Positions 57,277 to 64,000 of a stretch of DNA of 64,000 nt are shown piece after piece. Under the pieces are notes generated by a model. It was not told the origin of the DNA, made no database searches, and worked only from the letters and a program-made list of their open reading frames with translations. The first letter of the stretch is position 1. The number at the start of each line of letters is the position of its first letter. The stretch comes from a virus. Location of the stretch: positions 64,001 to 128,000 of IMG/VR virus record IMGVR_UViG_3300036715_001290. The stretch is one strand, 5' to 3'. A program made the position numbers and the translations under genes.

Positions 57277-58378
57277 ATATGATTATCTTATTGTAGGTGC
57301 AGGACTTTATGGTTCTGTATGTGCAAGAGAATTAACAAATCTAGGATATAAATGTTTAGTTATTGATAAACGTGATCATATTGGTGGCAATTGTTATACT
57401 TATAAATCAGATGATATTTATGTACATAAATATGGTCCACATATATTTCATACTAATGATATTAGTATTTGGAATTATGTAAATAGATTCATATCATTTA
57501 ACAATTTTACTTTAAGAACAAAGGTTAACTATAAGGATAGAATTTATTCATTTCCAATTAATTTAATGTCAATATATCAAATATATGGAATTAATAATCC
57601 ATCAGATGCTATTGAAAAAATTAATGAAGTAAAAATACATAATGATCATCCTGATAATTTAGAAGAATATATTTTATCTCAAGTTGGTAAAGATCTCTAT
57701 GAAATTTATATTAAAGGTTATAGTACAAAACAATGGGGAAGATCCCCTAAGGATTTACCTGCAAGTATAGTTAAAAGATTACCAATACGTTATAATTTTG
57801 ATGATAGATATTTTGATGACAAATATCAAGGTATACCAATTAATGGTTATACGGAATTGTTTGAATGTTTACTTAATGATATCAGAGTAATATTAAATGT
57901 AGATTATGATATAGAACATAATCATTTTGATTTATTAGCAAGAAATATAATCTACACTGGACCTATTGATAGATATTATAATTATTGTTATGGTGAATTA
58001 GAATATAGAACATTAAGATTTGAAAATGAATATCATAATGTTAATGATTATCAAGGTACGGCATTAATTAACTATACTGATGTAAATGTTCCATATACTA
58101 GGATAATAGAACATAAACATTTTATGTTGAATAAATCTATTCATCAAGAAAATCATACTATTATTACTAAAGAATATCCTAAGATTTTTGAAAAGGAAGA
58201 TATTCCTTATTATCCAATACCTGATAGTAAAAATAATAAATTATATAATATGTATTTATTAAAATCAAAAGGAAATTCAAATTTATCATTTGGTGGTAGA
58301 ATAGGTGAATATAAATATTATGATATGCATCAGGTTATTGCTTCAGCATTGTCATTCGTAAAGGATATTAGAAAATGA
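57269..58378 (+). CDS. glf: UDP-galactopyranose mutase
   Basis: VGAGLYG, HIGGN, HKYGPHIFHT, KQWG, YTRIIEHKHF, GR..EYKYYDMHQ. Confidence 0.92.
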   Translation: MFEYDYLIVGAGLYGSVCARELTNLGYKCLVIDKRDHIGGNCYTYKSDDIYVHKYGPHIFHTNDISIWNYVNRFISFNNFTLRTKVNYKDRIYSFPINLMSIYQIYGINNPSDAIEKINEVKIHNDHPDNLEEYILSQVGKDLYEIYIKGYSTKQWGRSPKDLPASIVKRLPIRYNFDDRYFDDKYQGIPINGYTELFECLLNDIRVILNVDYDIEHNHFDLLARNIIYTGPIDRYYNYCYGELEYRTLRFENEYHNVNDYQGTALINYTDVNVPYTRIIEHKHFMLNKSIHQENHTIITKEYPKIFEKEDIPYYPIPDSKNNKLYNMYLLKSKGNSNLSFGGRIGEYKYYDMHQVIASALSFVKDIRK

Positions 58379-58608
58379 ATATATTAGTTATAGGTGTTTT
58401 AAGTATACTAATTTATTTTATGATTAGAACAATATTTTGGATATTAATGGCAGTAATGATATCTTATAATTCTAAGGGTAGTAAAACTACAATTCAATTT
58501 TTATGGTATGATTTTTGGCGCGGTGCTTTCTTTGATAAAAATAACAAAATAATTTACATATGTCCAATTTCAACATGGGTCTTTAAAATAGAAATGGAAC
58601 CAAAATGA
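58375..58608 (+). CDS. Small membrane protein
   Basis: Hydrophobic N-terminus, WYDFW. Confidence 0.5.
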   Translation: MNILVIGVLSILIYFMIRTIFWILMAVMISYNSKGSKTTIQFLWYDFWRGAFFDKNNKIIYICPISTWVFKIEMEPK

Positions 58609-58745
58609 TAGATGGAATAGGTGATGCATTTGGTAATTTTATAGGTGGATTGGTTACTTTATGTATTATATTTGTACCATTAGGTATATGGAAATTTGTT
58701 GAAATAATTATATGGCTTTTTACTCATGTTAAAATTAGTTGGTAA
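58605..58745 (+). CDS. Small membrane protein (missed by track)
   Basis: 46 aa, VPLGIWKFVEIIIWL, ATGA overlap. Confidence 0.55.
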   Translation: MIDGIGDAFGNFIGGLVTLCIIFVPLGIWKFVEIIIWLFTHVKISW

Positions 58746-58748
58746 AAA

Positions 58749-58991
58749 ATGAAAAATCCAATAAGACCTGAAAAAGTAATACTAACATTTATAGTTAGGG
58801 ATATCTCTCCTTTATTATTTTTGAACGATCTTCCAGTAAAAAGAACAATTCAATTAGAATTAACCGAAGAACAATTAAAAAAATTAAATCTAAGATGGGT
58901 TGGTTTTGATGGTGGTAAAGATGTTTATGAATCACTTGCCGAAGTATTTATGGAAAATATTGAAATGAAATTTACCGAGGTAAATAAATGA
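58749..58991 (+). CDS. Hypothetical protein
   Basis: 80-aa ORF in operon. Confidence 0.5.
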   Translation: MKNPIRPEKVILTFIVRDISPLLFLNDLPVKRTIQLELTEEQLKKLNLRWVGFDGGKDVYESLAEVFMENIEMKFTEVNK

Positions 58992-59323
58992 AAGATGACA
59001 CTGTTGAATATCCACAAAATATACTTAAAGAAGAAAAAGCAATAGTGAATCAAATCTTTAAAGATGATACTGTTATTTATAATGAGTATGATCCAATAGT
59101 TTTAAGCGACAGCACGGCAATTCAAATAAAAATATTTACTAATAAATATAGAGTTGGTGATATAGAATTAATTGAAAATGATAGTGCCGATGAACTTAGA
59201 TTTAATCGTTGGGATTTAGCCGCTATTAGATTAATAGACCAACTTGATGGTAATTATAATAGATTATTTTTAACCGCTTTGAAACGAGAGATTCAAAAAA
59301 GATTGGATGATATGAATGGTTGA
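58988..59323 (+). CDS. Hypothetical protein
   Basis: 111-aa ORF in operon. Confidence 0.5.
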   Translation: MKDDTVEYPQNILKEEKAIVNQIFKDDTVIYNEYDPIVLSDSTAIQIKIFTNKYRVGDIELIENDSADELRFNRWDLAAIRLIDQLDGNYNRLFLTALKREIQKRLDDMNG

Positions 59324-59618
59324 ATTAATTAATAAACATACTAATGAACATATAGTTTTACCAACACCCGATAATAAAATATGTAAGATACTTATTAAAG
59401 ATAATACGGCTACACCTATTGATTGGAGTAGTGTAGAATTACCTAAAGTAAATTATACTAATAAATTAATATCCGATAATTTGGTATCATTACGACCCAT
59501 GACATATTATAAAGGTAAAGCTTTCCACTTGAATTATAAATATGGATTCTGGGGTAGGTTAAGATGGTTACTTAATAAAATTAAAATTATTTTTACAAAA
59601 AAGATTAACAAAAAGTAG
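59316..59618 (+). CDS. Hypothetical protein
   Basis: 100-aa ORF in operon. Confidence 0.5.
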   Translation: MVELINKHTNEHIVLPTPDNKICKILIKDNTATPIDWSSVELPKVNYTNKLISDNLVSLRPMTYYKGKAFHLNYKYGFWGRLRWLLNKIKIIFTKKINKK

Positions 59619-59649
59619 TATAAAACAAATACTTGATATATTTATAAAC

Positions 59650-59724
59650 ATGAAAACAAATAAATTCAATCCCAGTAATAAACGCAACTTTAGCAATCCA
59701 AGATGGAATCCTGCTGTGACGTAA
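59650..59724 (+). CDS. Putative attenuator leader peptide MKTNKFNPSNKRNFSNPRWNPAVT
   Basis: 24-codon ORF directly after ATATTTAT motif; 3' end complementary to downstream terminator. Confidence 0.6.
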   Translation: MKTNKFNPSNKRNFSNPRWNPAVT

Positions 59725-59749
59725 CTATGTACTTTCAATTTATTTGAAG

Positions 59750-59790
59750 AAGCTGCTAAATACGTCATGGAATTATTTAGCAGCTTTTTT
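59750..59790 (+). terminator. Intrinsic terminator (attenuator)
   Basis: 13-bp stem AAGCTGCTAAATA/TATTTAGCAGCTT followed by T run. Confidence 0.8.
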
Positions 59791-59926
59791 AGTTTTTGTT
59801 TTATGTTCTTTATAAATGCATCAATAATTGGTCTATGGTTTATATCAGTCTAATAGGTTAAACACTTGCTAGCATCATCTAAAGCATCAATTTTATGCAA
59901 ATAACACTTATTTTGGGTTATTTATT

Positions 59927-59962
59927 AACTCTATTGACATTTTGATTAAAATTGGTTATATT
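59927..59962 (+). promoter_or_regulatory. Early sigma70-type promoter
   Basis: AACTCTA-TTGACA-N17-TATATT. Confidence 0.8.
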
Positions 59963-60016
59963 TATATTATAAAATTTAACAATCAATTGGATTAAAAATA
60001 GATAAAATTATTTATT

Positions 60017-60052
60017 AACTCTATTGACATTTGAATAAAAAATAGTTAAATT
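60017..60052 (+). promoter_or_regulatory. Early sigma70-type promoter
   Basis: AACTCTA-TTGACA-N17-TAAATT(TG). Confidence 0.8.
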
Positions 60053-60077
60053 TGTATTATAAATTTTAATTGAGAAT

Positions 60078-60248
60078 ATGAAAAATAAAGAAGAATTAAT
60101 TGAATTGGCAAACACACCTGTTAAAAAATTAACAGAAGATGAAGCTAAAAAATTGTTAGTTTATTTATATGATAAATTAAATGATTTAGGAGATGATGAT
60201 TTTTTTGGTACTGAAGGTTGGAAACATTTTTTTGGATTAGAAAAATAA
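60078..60248 (+). CDS. Small hypothetical protein (missed by track)
   Basis: 56 aa, DDDFFGTEGW. Confidence 0.55.
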   Translation: MKNKEELIELANTPVKKLTEDEAKKLLVYLYDKLNDLGDDDFFGTEGWKHFFGLEK

Positions 60249-60255
60249 ATTTTAT

Positions 60256-60291
60256 AACTCTATTGACAATTAAATAAAAAATGGTTAAATT
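60256..60291 (+). promoter_or_regulatory. Early sigma70-type promoter
   Basis: AACTCTA-TTGACA-N17-TAAATT(TG). Confidence 0.8.
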
Positions 60292-60334
60292 TGTATTATA
60301 AATAATTGATAATGAAAACAAAATATTAAAATTT

Positions 60335-60431
60335 TACAAATATAAAAACGGCAGTCGGTAGGAAAGTCCATATTTAGTATGGTACGTACCGTGAGTGATA
60401 TGAGGATAGAAGGCGAGCCTCAATATTTGTA
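60335..60431 (+). ncRNA. Orphan structured RNA
   Basis: Closing stem TACAAATAT/ATATTTGTA around GC-enriched core, first element after promoter. Confidence 0.4.
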
Positions 60432-60436
60432 TATAT

Positions 60437-60509
60437 GCATCCACATGAACCAAGGCTGGCGATCTGGTCTCCAAAACCGGATGGAAGAGTTCGATTCTCT
60501 TTGGGTGTG
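60437..60509 (+). tRNA. tRNA-Trp(CCA)
   Basis: CTGGT-ctCCAaa-ACCGG, G73. Confidence 0.75.
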
Positions 60510-60526
60510 CTAATGATTAGATATAT

Positions 60527-60654
60527 GATTCTATAACTTTTTGAAAGATTGGAGGTTGGTCAAATATTTTAATTCATAATAAATCCGACAGGTTGATTCC
60601 CTGTAGTTGTCTGCTCATAATCAGACTGACCGACTCAAGAAAGGTTATAGGATT
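60527..60654 (+). ncRNA. Long-stem RNA carrying T-arm-like and anticodon-like hairpins
   Basis: ATTCTATAACTTT/AAGGTTATAGGAT; GGTTGGTCA/TGACCGACT; ACAGG-TTGATTC-CCTGT; GTCTG-ctcataat-CAGAC. Confidence 0.5.
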
Positions 60655-60710
60655 AAGAATTAATAGATATATTTGAAAAGAATTTAAGTAGCTAAAATTA
60701 TTTTTTATAT

Positions 60711-60785
60711 CGGTATGTGGGCCAATGGCTAGGCCACTCCGTTTGGGGCGGAGGCATCGTGTAGGTTCGAGTCCTATCATACCGA
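60711..60785 (+). tRNA. tRNA-Pro(UGG)
   Basis: CTCCG-ttTGGgg-CGGAG, C1-G72, A73. Confidence 0.85.
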
Positions 60786-60790
60786 CAACA

Positions 60791-60905
60791 TCACTGGTCA
60801 GATACATCTGAATAAAACGTGTAGGGACTATAAGCTATAAGTATGCATTGATGCTTATAAGAACAGCCTTGCTTTAGAGTTAAATGAAATATGTTAACCC
60901 AGTGG
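60791..60905 (+). ncRNA. Orphan structured RNA
   Basis: Closing stem CACTGG/CCAGTG with internal hairpins. Confidence 0.35.
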
Positions 60906-60916
60906 CCGTTTAATAT

Positions 60917-60987
60917 AACTCGGTAGCTTAATGTAAAGCTGCAGGTCGTCAAGAGCTGCGTTGTGAGGTCAAAACTTTCCCGGGTTG
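60917..60987 (+). ncRNA. tRNA-like RNA, GTCAAAA T-loop type
   Basis: AACTCGG/CCGGGTT; paralog of 61000 element. Confidence 0.5.
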
Positions 60988-60999
60988 CTAAATTTATAT

Positions 61000-61065
61000 G
61001 CCGCGGTAGCTCAATGTAGAGCGCCAGTCGACTGGTGGTTGTGAGGTCAAAACTCACCTGCGGCG
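61000..61065 (+). ncRNA. tRNA-like RNA with 4-nt anticodon loop, GTCAAAA T-loop type
   Basis: GCCGCGG/CTGCGGC; GCCAG-tcga-CTGGT; GTGAG-GTCAAAA-CTCAC. Confidence 0.55.
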
Positions 61066-61179
61066 CAAATTTTAATTGTATTAGTGGTAGAAGAATGCAA
61101 ACTCAGCGCTTCTAACGTTGATGTCGACTTAAGAGTAAAGTTTCATGTACATTGATAATACAATTAATTATTTTTACAT

Positions 61180-61254
61180 TCATTGGTAGCTCAATGGTAG
61201 AGCGCCGCGCTGTTAACGCGGATGTTGGGGGTTCGAGTCCCTCCCTCTGAGCCA
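61180..61254 (+). tRNA. tRNA-Asn(GUU)
   Basis: CCGCG-ctGTTaa-CGCGG, G73, CCA; two acceptor mismatches. Confidence 0.8.
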
Positions 61255-61257
61255 TAT

Positions 61258-61333
61258 TCCTGATTAGCAATCGTGGTGAATTGCGACAAGCTGTTAACTT
61301 GTATAGAGACTGGTTCGACTCCAGTATTAGGAG
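61258..61333 (+). tRNA. tRNA-Asn(GUU)
   Basis: ACAAG-ctGTTaa-CTTGT, G73. Confidence 0.8.
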
Positions 61334-61337
61334 CAAA

Positions 61338-61459
61338 GTAAATATAAAGTGGGATCTTTTGAAGATTCATTATGATACTTAACAGGTTCGAATCCTGTCT
61401 ATGAGGTTATGCCTCAGAGAGTGGCAAGCGGTGGAGAAATCGATGCTATTTATTTATAT
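61338..61459 (+). ncRNA. Circularly permuted tRNA-like RNA (YrlA-like order)
   Basis: T arm first, then loop-closed acceptor-like stem, then TGGCAAGCGGT D-loop sequence. Confidence 0.5.
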
Positions 61460-61497
61460 ATGTATATAATCCGGTTTTGTATACATATAGATATTAT

Positions 61498-61570
61498 CTG
61501 CGTATGGGCCAATTGGCAGGCTACCTGATTTGGATTCAGGGGTGTGGGGGTTCAAGTCCCTCTATGCAGA
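61498..61570 (+). tRNA. tRNA-Pro(UGG)
   Basis: CCTGA-ttTGGat-TCAGG, C1-G72. Confidence 0.8.
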
Positions 61571-61794
61571 CTAAGTTTCTATTCGGAGCAATGACAATAG
61601 TTTAACCCTATTGAGATTAAGTAGAAATCGTTCATTGTGAAGATATATTGATGTTAAGTACTCTGTTGCCGTATAATGAAATTTGCAAAAATCGTTATAC
61701 AATAAAGAAAGTATACCGTTGAGGAGAACATATTAGTATACGCTTAACAAATTTATGTTAATAAACTACAAATTAACTAGAAATATTTTTTTAT

Positions 61795-61869
61795 GGGTTC
61801 GTAGCAAAAATGGACAAATGCAGCTGGCTTTTAACCAGTAAAGTCCGAGTTCGACTCTCGGCGGGCCCA
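61795..61869 (+). tRNA. tRNA-Lys(UUU)
   Basis: GCTGG-ctTTTaa-CCAGT. Confidence 0.82.
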
Positions 61870-62024
61870 CTGCGGTTTTTTGGTGTAGATAAAAGGCATA
61901 CCAACGCTTATGTTGGAGGCAAAATCGCTTTGTTTTGATAATTAATATGTAGCTCTGAAACTTCGGGAAATCCTGCGCGTAGGACATTGTCTTGAGTACC
62001 GAGTATTAGTTATTGTTTTTATAT

Positions 62025-62097
62025 TGGCATGTACGAATCATGGTGAAACGGAGTGGCTGTTACCCACTTGAGGAAAGTTCGATCCTTTCCATGCCAG
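62025..62097 (+). tRNA. tRNA-Asn(GUU), divergent D arm
   Basis: AGTGG-ctGTTac-CCACT, G73. Confidence 0.68.
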
Positions 62098-62106
62098 CTT
62101 TGAAAT

Positions 62107-62175
62107 TTGTATGTAGTTTAACGGCAGAATACGGGCGGGAAGCCTGAGACCTGAGTTCGAATCTCAGCATACTAA
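62107..62175 (+). ncRNA. tRNA-like RNA with 5-nt anticodon loop GGGAA
   Basis: CGGGC-gggaa-GCCTG; canonical T arm. Confidence 0.5.
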
Positions 62176-62179
62176 TACT

Positions 62180-62408
62180 AGACCGAAGAATGTATTATAC
62201 CTTCAGAAAGTATAAATGCATTAAAGATTACTTTTCCTAACAGGCCTGAATAACCTGAGATGGTATGGATTATAAAGTTATGCCGGACATTGCAGCGTCG
62301 GTAAATAATATAATTCATCCGGAGGTTACCGTACAAAGGTGAGTAATTTAATTAAATAAAGACCCTGAATCTTTATTTCAGTAGTAAGTTGCAACTTACC
62401 TTCGGTTT
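62180..62408 (+). ncRNA. Orphan multibranched RNA (~230 nt)
   Basis: Closing stem AGACCGAAG/CTTCGGTTT; at least five internal helices. Confidence 0.5.
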
Positions 62409-62420
62409 ATGATTTTTAAT

Positions 62421-62506
62421 GGAAGATTGCTAGAGTGGTAATAGGCCAGTTTGCTAAACTGTGACGGCGGTGAAACGCTGCATCCGTTCAAATCGGATAT
62501 CTTCCT
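62421..62506 (+). tRNA. tRNA-Ser(GCU)
   Basis: CAGT-ttGCTaa-ACTG, long variable arm. Confidence 0.82.
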
Positions 62507-62531
62507 CAACTAATAATTTTATAAAAGACTA

Positions 62532-62795
62532 ATGAATACTATAAAATGTCAGATATGTAAATCGGATTATAGATTACTTTTTGATGATAGCATACAAGGT
62601 GACGATTGTGCATGCTTCTTTAATAAAGATATGATATATGGAGCTTTTGGTACATCACTATATGATTTTATGGAATTTAAAGTATTAGATTATAAGATAT
62701 TGAATAATTTAATAATCAATGCTCCTATATGTGATAATTGTATGACTTCATTATTAGAAAATAAACAAATTAAATGTACATATAAATTATACTGA
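62532..62795 (+). CDS. Cys-rich hypothetical protein
   Basis: CQIC...CDNC. Confidence 0.55.
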   Translation: MNTIKCQICKSDYRLLFDDSIQGDDCACFFNKDMIYGAFGTSLYDFMEFKVLDYKILNNLIINAPICDNCMTSLLENKQIKCTYKLY

Positions 62796-62806
62796 TAGGA
62801 TATTAT

Positions 62807-63040
62807 ATGTCAATGAGTGATTGCCCTGAATGTTGGGATAATATTTGTACATGTGGTCATAAATATCAACATATGGATGTTGATGAATTAAAAGATCTAA
62901 TAAAAGTATTACAAAAAATTGTTAAAAATAAAACAAAAAAGATTCCTTGGAATCCATTATTAACTCAAGATATAAATGAAATTATTTCAAAAAATAAAAA
63001 AATTACTTGGGTATACTTTAAGGATAAAAACAAATGGTAA
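62807..63040 (+). CDS. Hypothetical protein
   Basis: MSDCPECWDNICTCG, AGGA RBS. Confidence 0.55.
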   Translation: MSMSDCPECWDNICTCGHKYQHMDVDELKDLIKVLQKIVKNKTKKIPWNPLLTQDINEIISKNKKITWVYFKDKNKW

Positions 63041-63216
63041 ATCTTTCAGATTATGAATGGAATTATGAATGTCCAATTTGTAATTCAAAATTCAGGCCAT
63101 GTAAATGTGGTATGATGAAACCTGAAAAGGTTGATGAAGAAATACAAAAGTTTGCAGATGAATTAAAGAAACTTATAATAGATTCAAAATTTGAATGTTA
63201 TCATAAATTAAAATGA
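63034..63216 (+). CDS. Small zinc-finger-like protein
   Basis: CPIC...CKC. Confidence 0.45.
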   Translation: MVNLSDYEWNYECPICNSKFRPCKCGMMKPEKVDEEIQKFADELKKLIIDSKFECYHKLK

Positions 63217-63221
63217 AATTT

Positions 63222-63294
63222 GGGAAGTGAACTAGTGTGGTCATAGTGGTCGCCTGAAGAGCGAAGAAAATCAGTTCGATTCTGGTACTTCCCA
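63222..63294 (+). tRNA. tRNA-Phe(GAA)
   Basis: TCGC-ctGAAga-GCGA. Confidence 0.75.
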
Positions 63295-63299
63295 CAAAC

Positions 63300-63372
63300 G
63301 CATCGGTAGCTCAATGGTTAGAGTGCCGCACTCCTAAGGCGGGAGATATGAGTTCGACTCTCATTCGGTGTT
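63300..63372 (+). tRNA. tRNA-Arg(CCU)
   Basis: ctCCTaa loop, canonical D/T arms. Confidence 0.8.
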
Positions 63373-63379
63373 CAAATAT

Positions 63380-63453
63380 GGGCCCATAGCAAAATGGTCA
63401 AATGCAGCTCCCTCTTAAGGAGTATGGTGATGGTTCGACTCCATCTGGGCTCA
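63380..63453 (+). tRNA. tRNA-Lys(CUU)
   Basis: GCTCC-ctCTTaa-GGAGT. Confidence 0.82.
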
Positions 63454-63470
63454 CAAATAAAAGGTTATTT

Positions 63471-63680
63471 ATGGAAAATGCAGAATTGGTTTACATTCCA
63501 CAAAAAGTTTGGAATATAAAAAACAATAAAGTTTATGAAATTATAAATGAATTTGTTATTAATGCTACAAATTGTAGTACTAATCAAATTATGGTTTTAT
63601 ATAAAGATTCTGATAATAATCTTTTTGTTCGTGAAGTAAATGAATTTAAAGAAAAATTTGTATGGATGTTAACAAAATAA
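63471..63680 (+). CDS. DUF1653-like protein
   Basis: MVLYKD...FVREVNEFKEKF; ATG 63471 after AAGGT. Confidence 0.55.
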   Translation: MENAELVYIPQKVWNIKNNKVYEIINEFVINATNCSTNQIMVLYKDSDNNLFVREVNEFKEKFVWMLTK

Positions 63681-63880
63681 AAATTAAGTCATTAAAGAAA
63701 AGAATTGAAACAGGTCCTGTACAATTTAACGATGATTGGCCTGGGATTTTTATTAGAGGTGATGAATGTTTTGCATATTACTTAGCATTACGTGAAGTAC
63801 TTAAAGCTGACATTGATATGATTACAAAATCTGAAGTTGTATGTTTAATGAATTTATTAGATAGTTCAAGAGTAAGATAA
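63662..63880 (+). CDS. Hypothetical protein
   Basis: RIETGPVQFNDDWPGIFIRGD. Confidence 0.55.
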   Translation: MDVNKIKIKSLKKRIETGPVQFNDDWPGIFIRGDECFAYYLALREVLKADIDMITKSEVVCLMNLLDSSRVR

Positions 63881-64000
63881 TGGAAAATGGTTTATATATT
63901 GACCAAGATGAAGCAATGCTTCTTTTAGAACTTATAAGTTGTATGTATAGTCCAAGTTATGGTTTTGTTTATGATCCTGAATTTCCAGATGATGGTGATG
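63880..64000 (+). CDS. Hypothetical protein, 3'-truncated
   Basis: TAATG overlap, open to window end. Confidence 0.4.
   Translation, partial: MENGLYIDQDEAMLLLELISCMYSPSYGFVYDPEFPDDGD

Noticed and set aside
44530-60291. CRISPR-like or iteron repeats (AACTCTATTGACA)
   Set aside because: Irregular spacing and fixed 17-nt distance to a -10 box show they are promoters
61338-61459. tmRNA
   Set aside because: No CCA after the T arm, no G3:U70 acceptor and no tag reading frame found
45451-61987. Track ORFs overlapping RNA genes (45451-45918, 48513-48707, 54295-54555, 55167-55436, 60574-61336, 61766-61987)
   Set aside because: They are translations of tRNA/ncRNA sequence or its antisense

Overview
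AT-rich, nearly single-stranded (+) segment of a large T4-related (myovirus/jumbo-type) phage genome. 1-4.2 kb: end of a tail/baseplate block (tube-initiator-like, LysM wedge, hub with C-terminal GH73-like muramidase). 4.2-26 kb: replication module (PolA-like protein, gp32 SSB, UvsX, RNase H-type 5'-3' exonuclease, gp41 helicase, QueC-like, class II RNR, DinG-like helicase, PolB, clamp and clamp loaders). 26-35.5 kb: DNA hypermodification cluster combining a T4 gp42-type dCMP hydroxymethylase, a T4 beta-glucosyltransferase homolog, a C5-methyltransferase-like protein with a broken SAM motif, and its own sugar-nucleotide pathway (GatZ-like, cupin, NTase-kinase, KdsC-like). 35.5-44.3 kb: nuclease, glycosyltransferases and hypothetical genes. 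44.3-64 kb: a very large RNA-gene island with about 40 recognisable tRNAs covering all 20 amino acids, an amber suppressor tRNA, roughly 20 deformed tRNA-like elements, a minimal (~212 nt) RNase P RNA and several orphan structured RNAs, driven by repeated TTGACA-N17-TA(T/A)ATT promoters. The most striking unexplained signal is a leader-peptide/terminator attenuator (59650-59790) whose 24-codon peptide is built almost entirely from the amino acids served by the tRNA genes downstream of it. All assignments were made by eye from motifs; no database searches or folding programs were run, and RNA boundaries may be off by a few bases.
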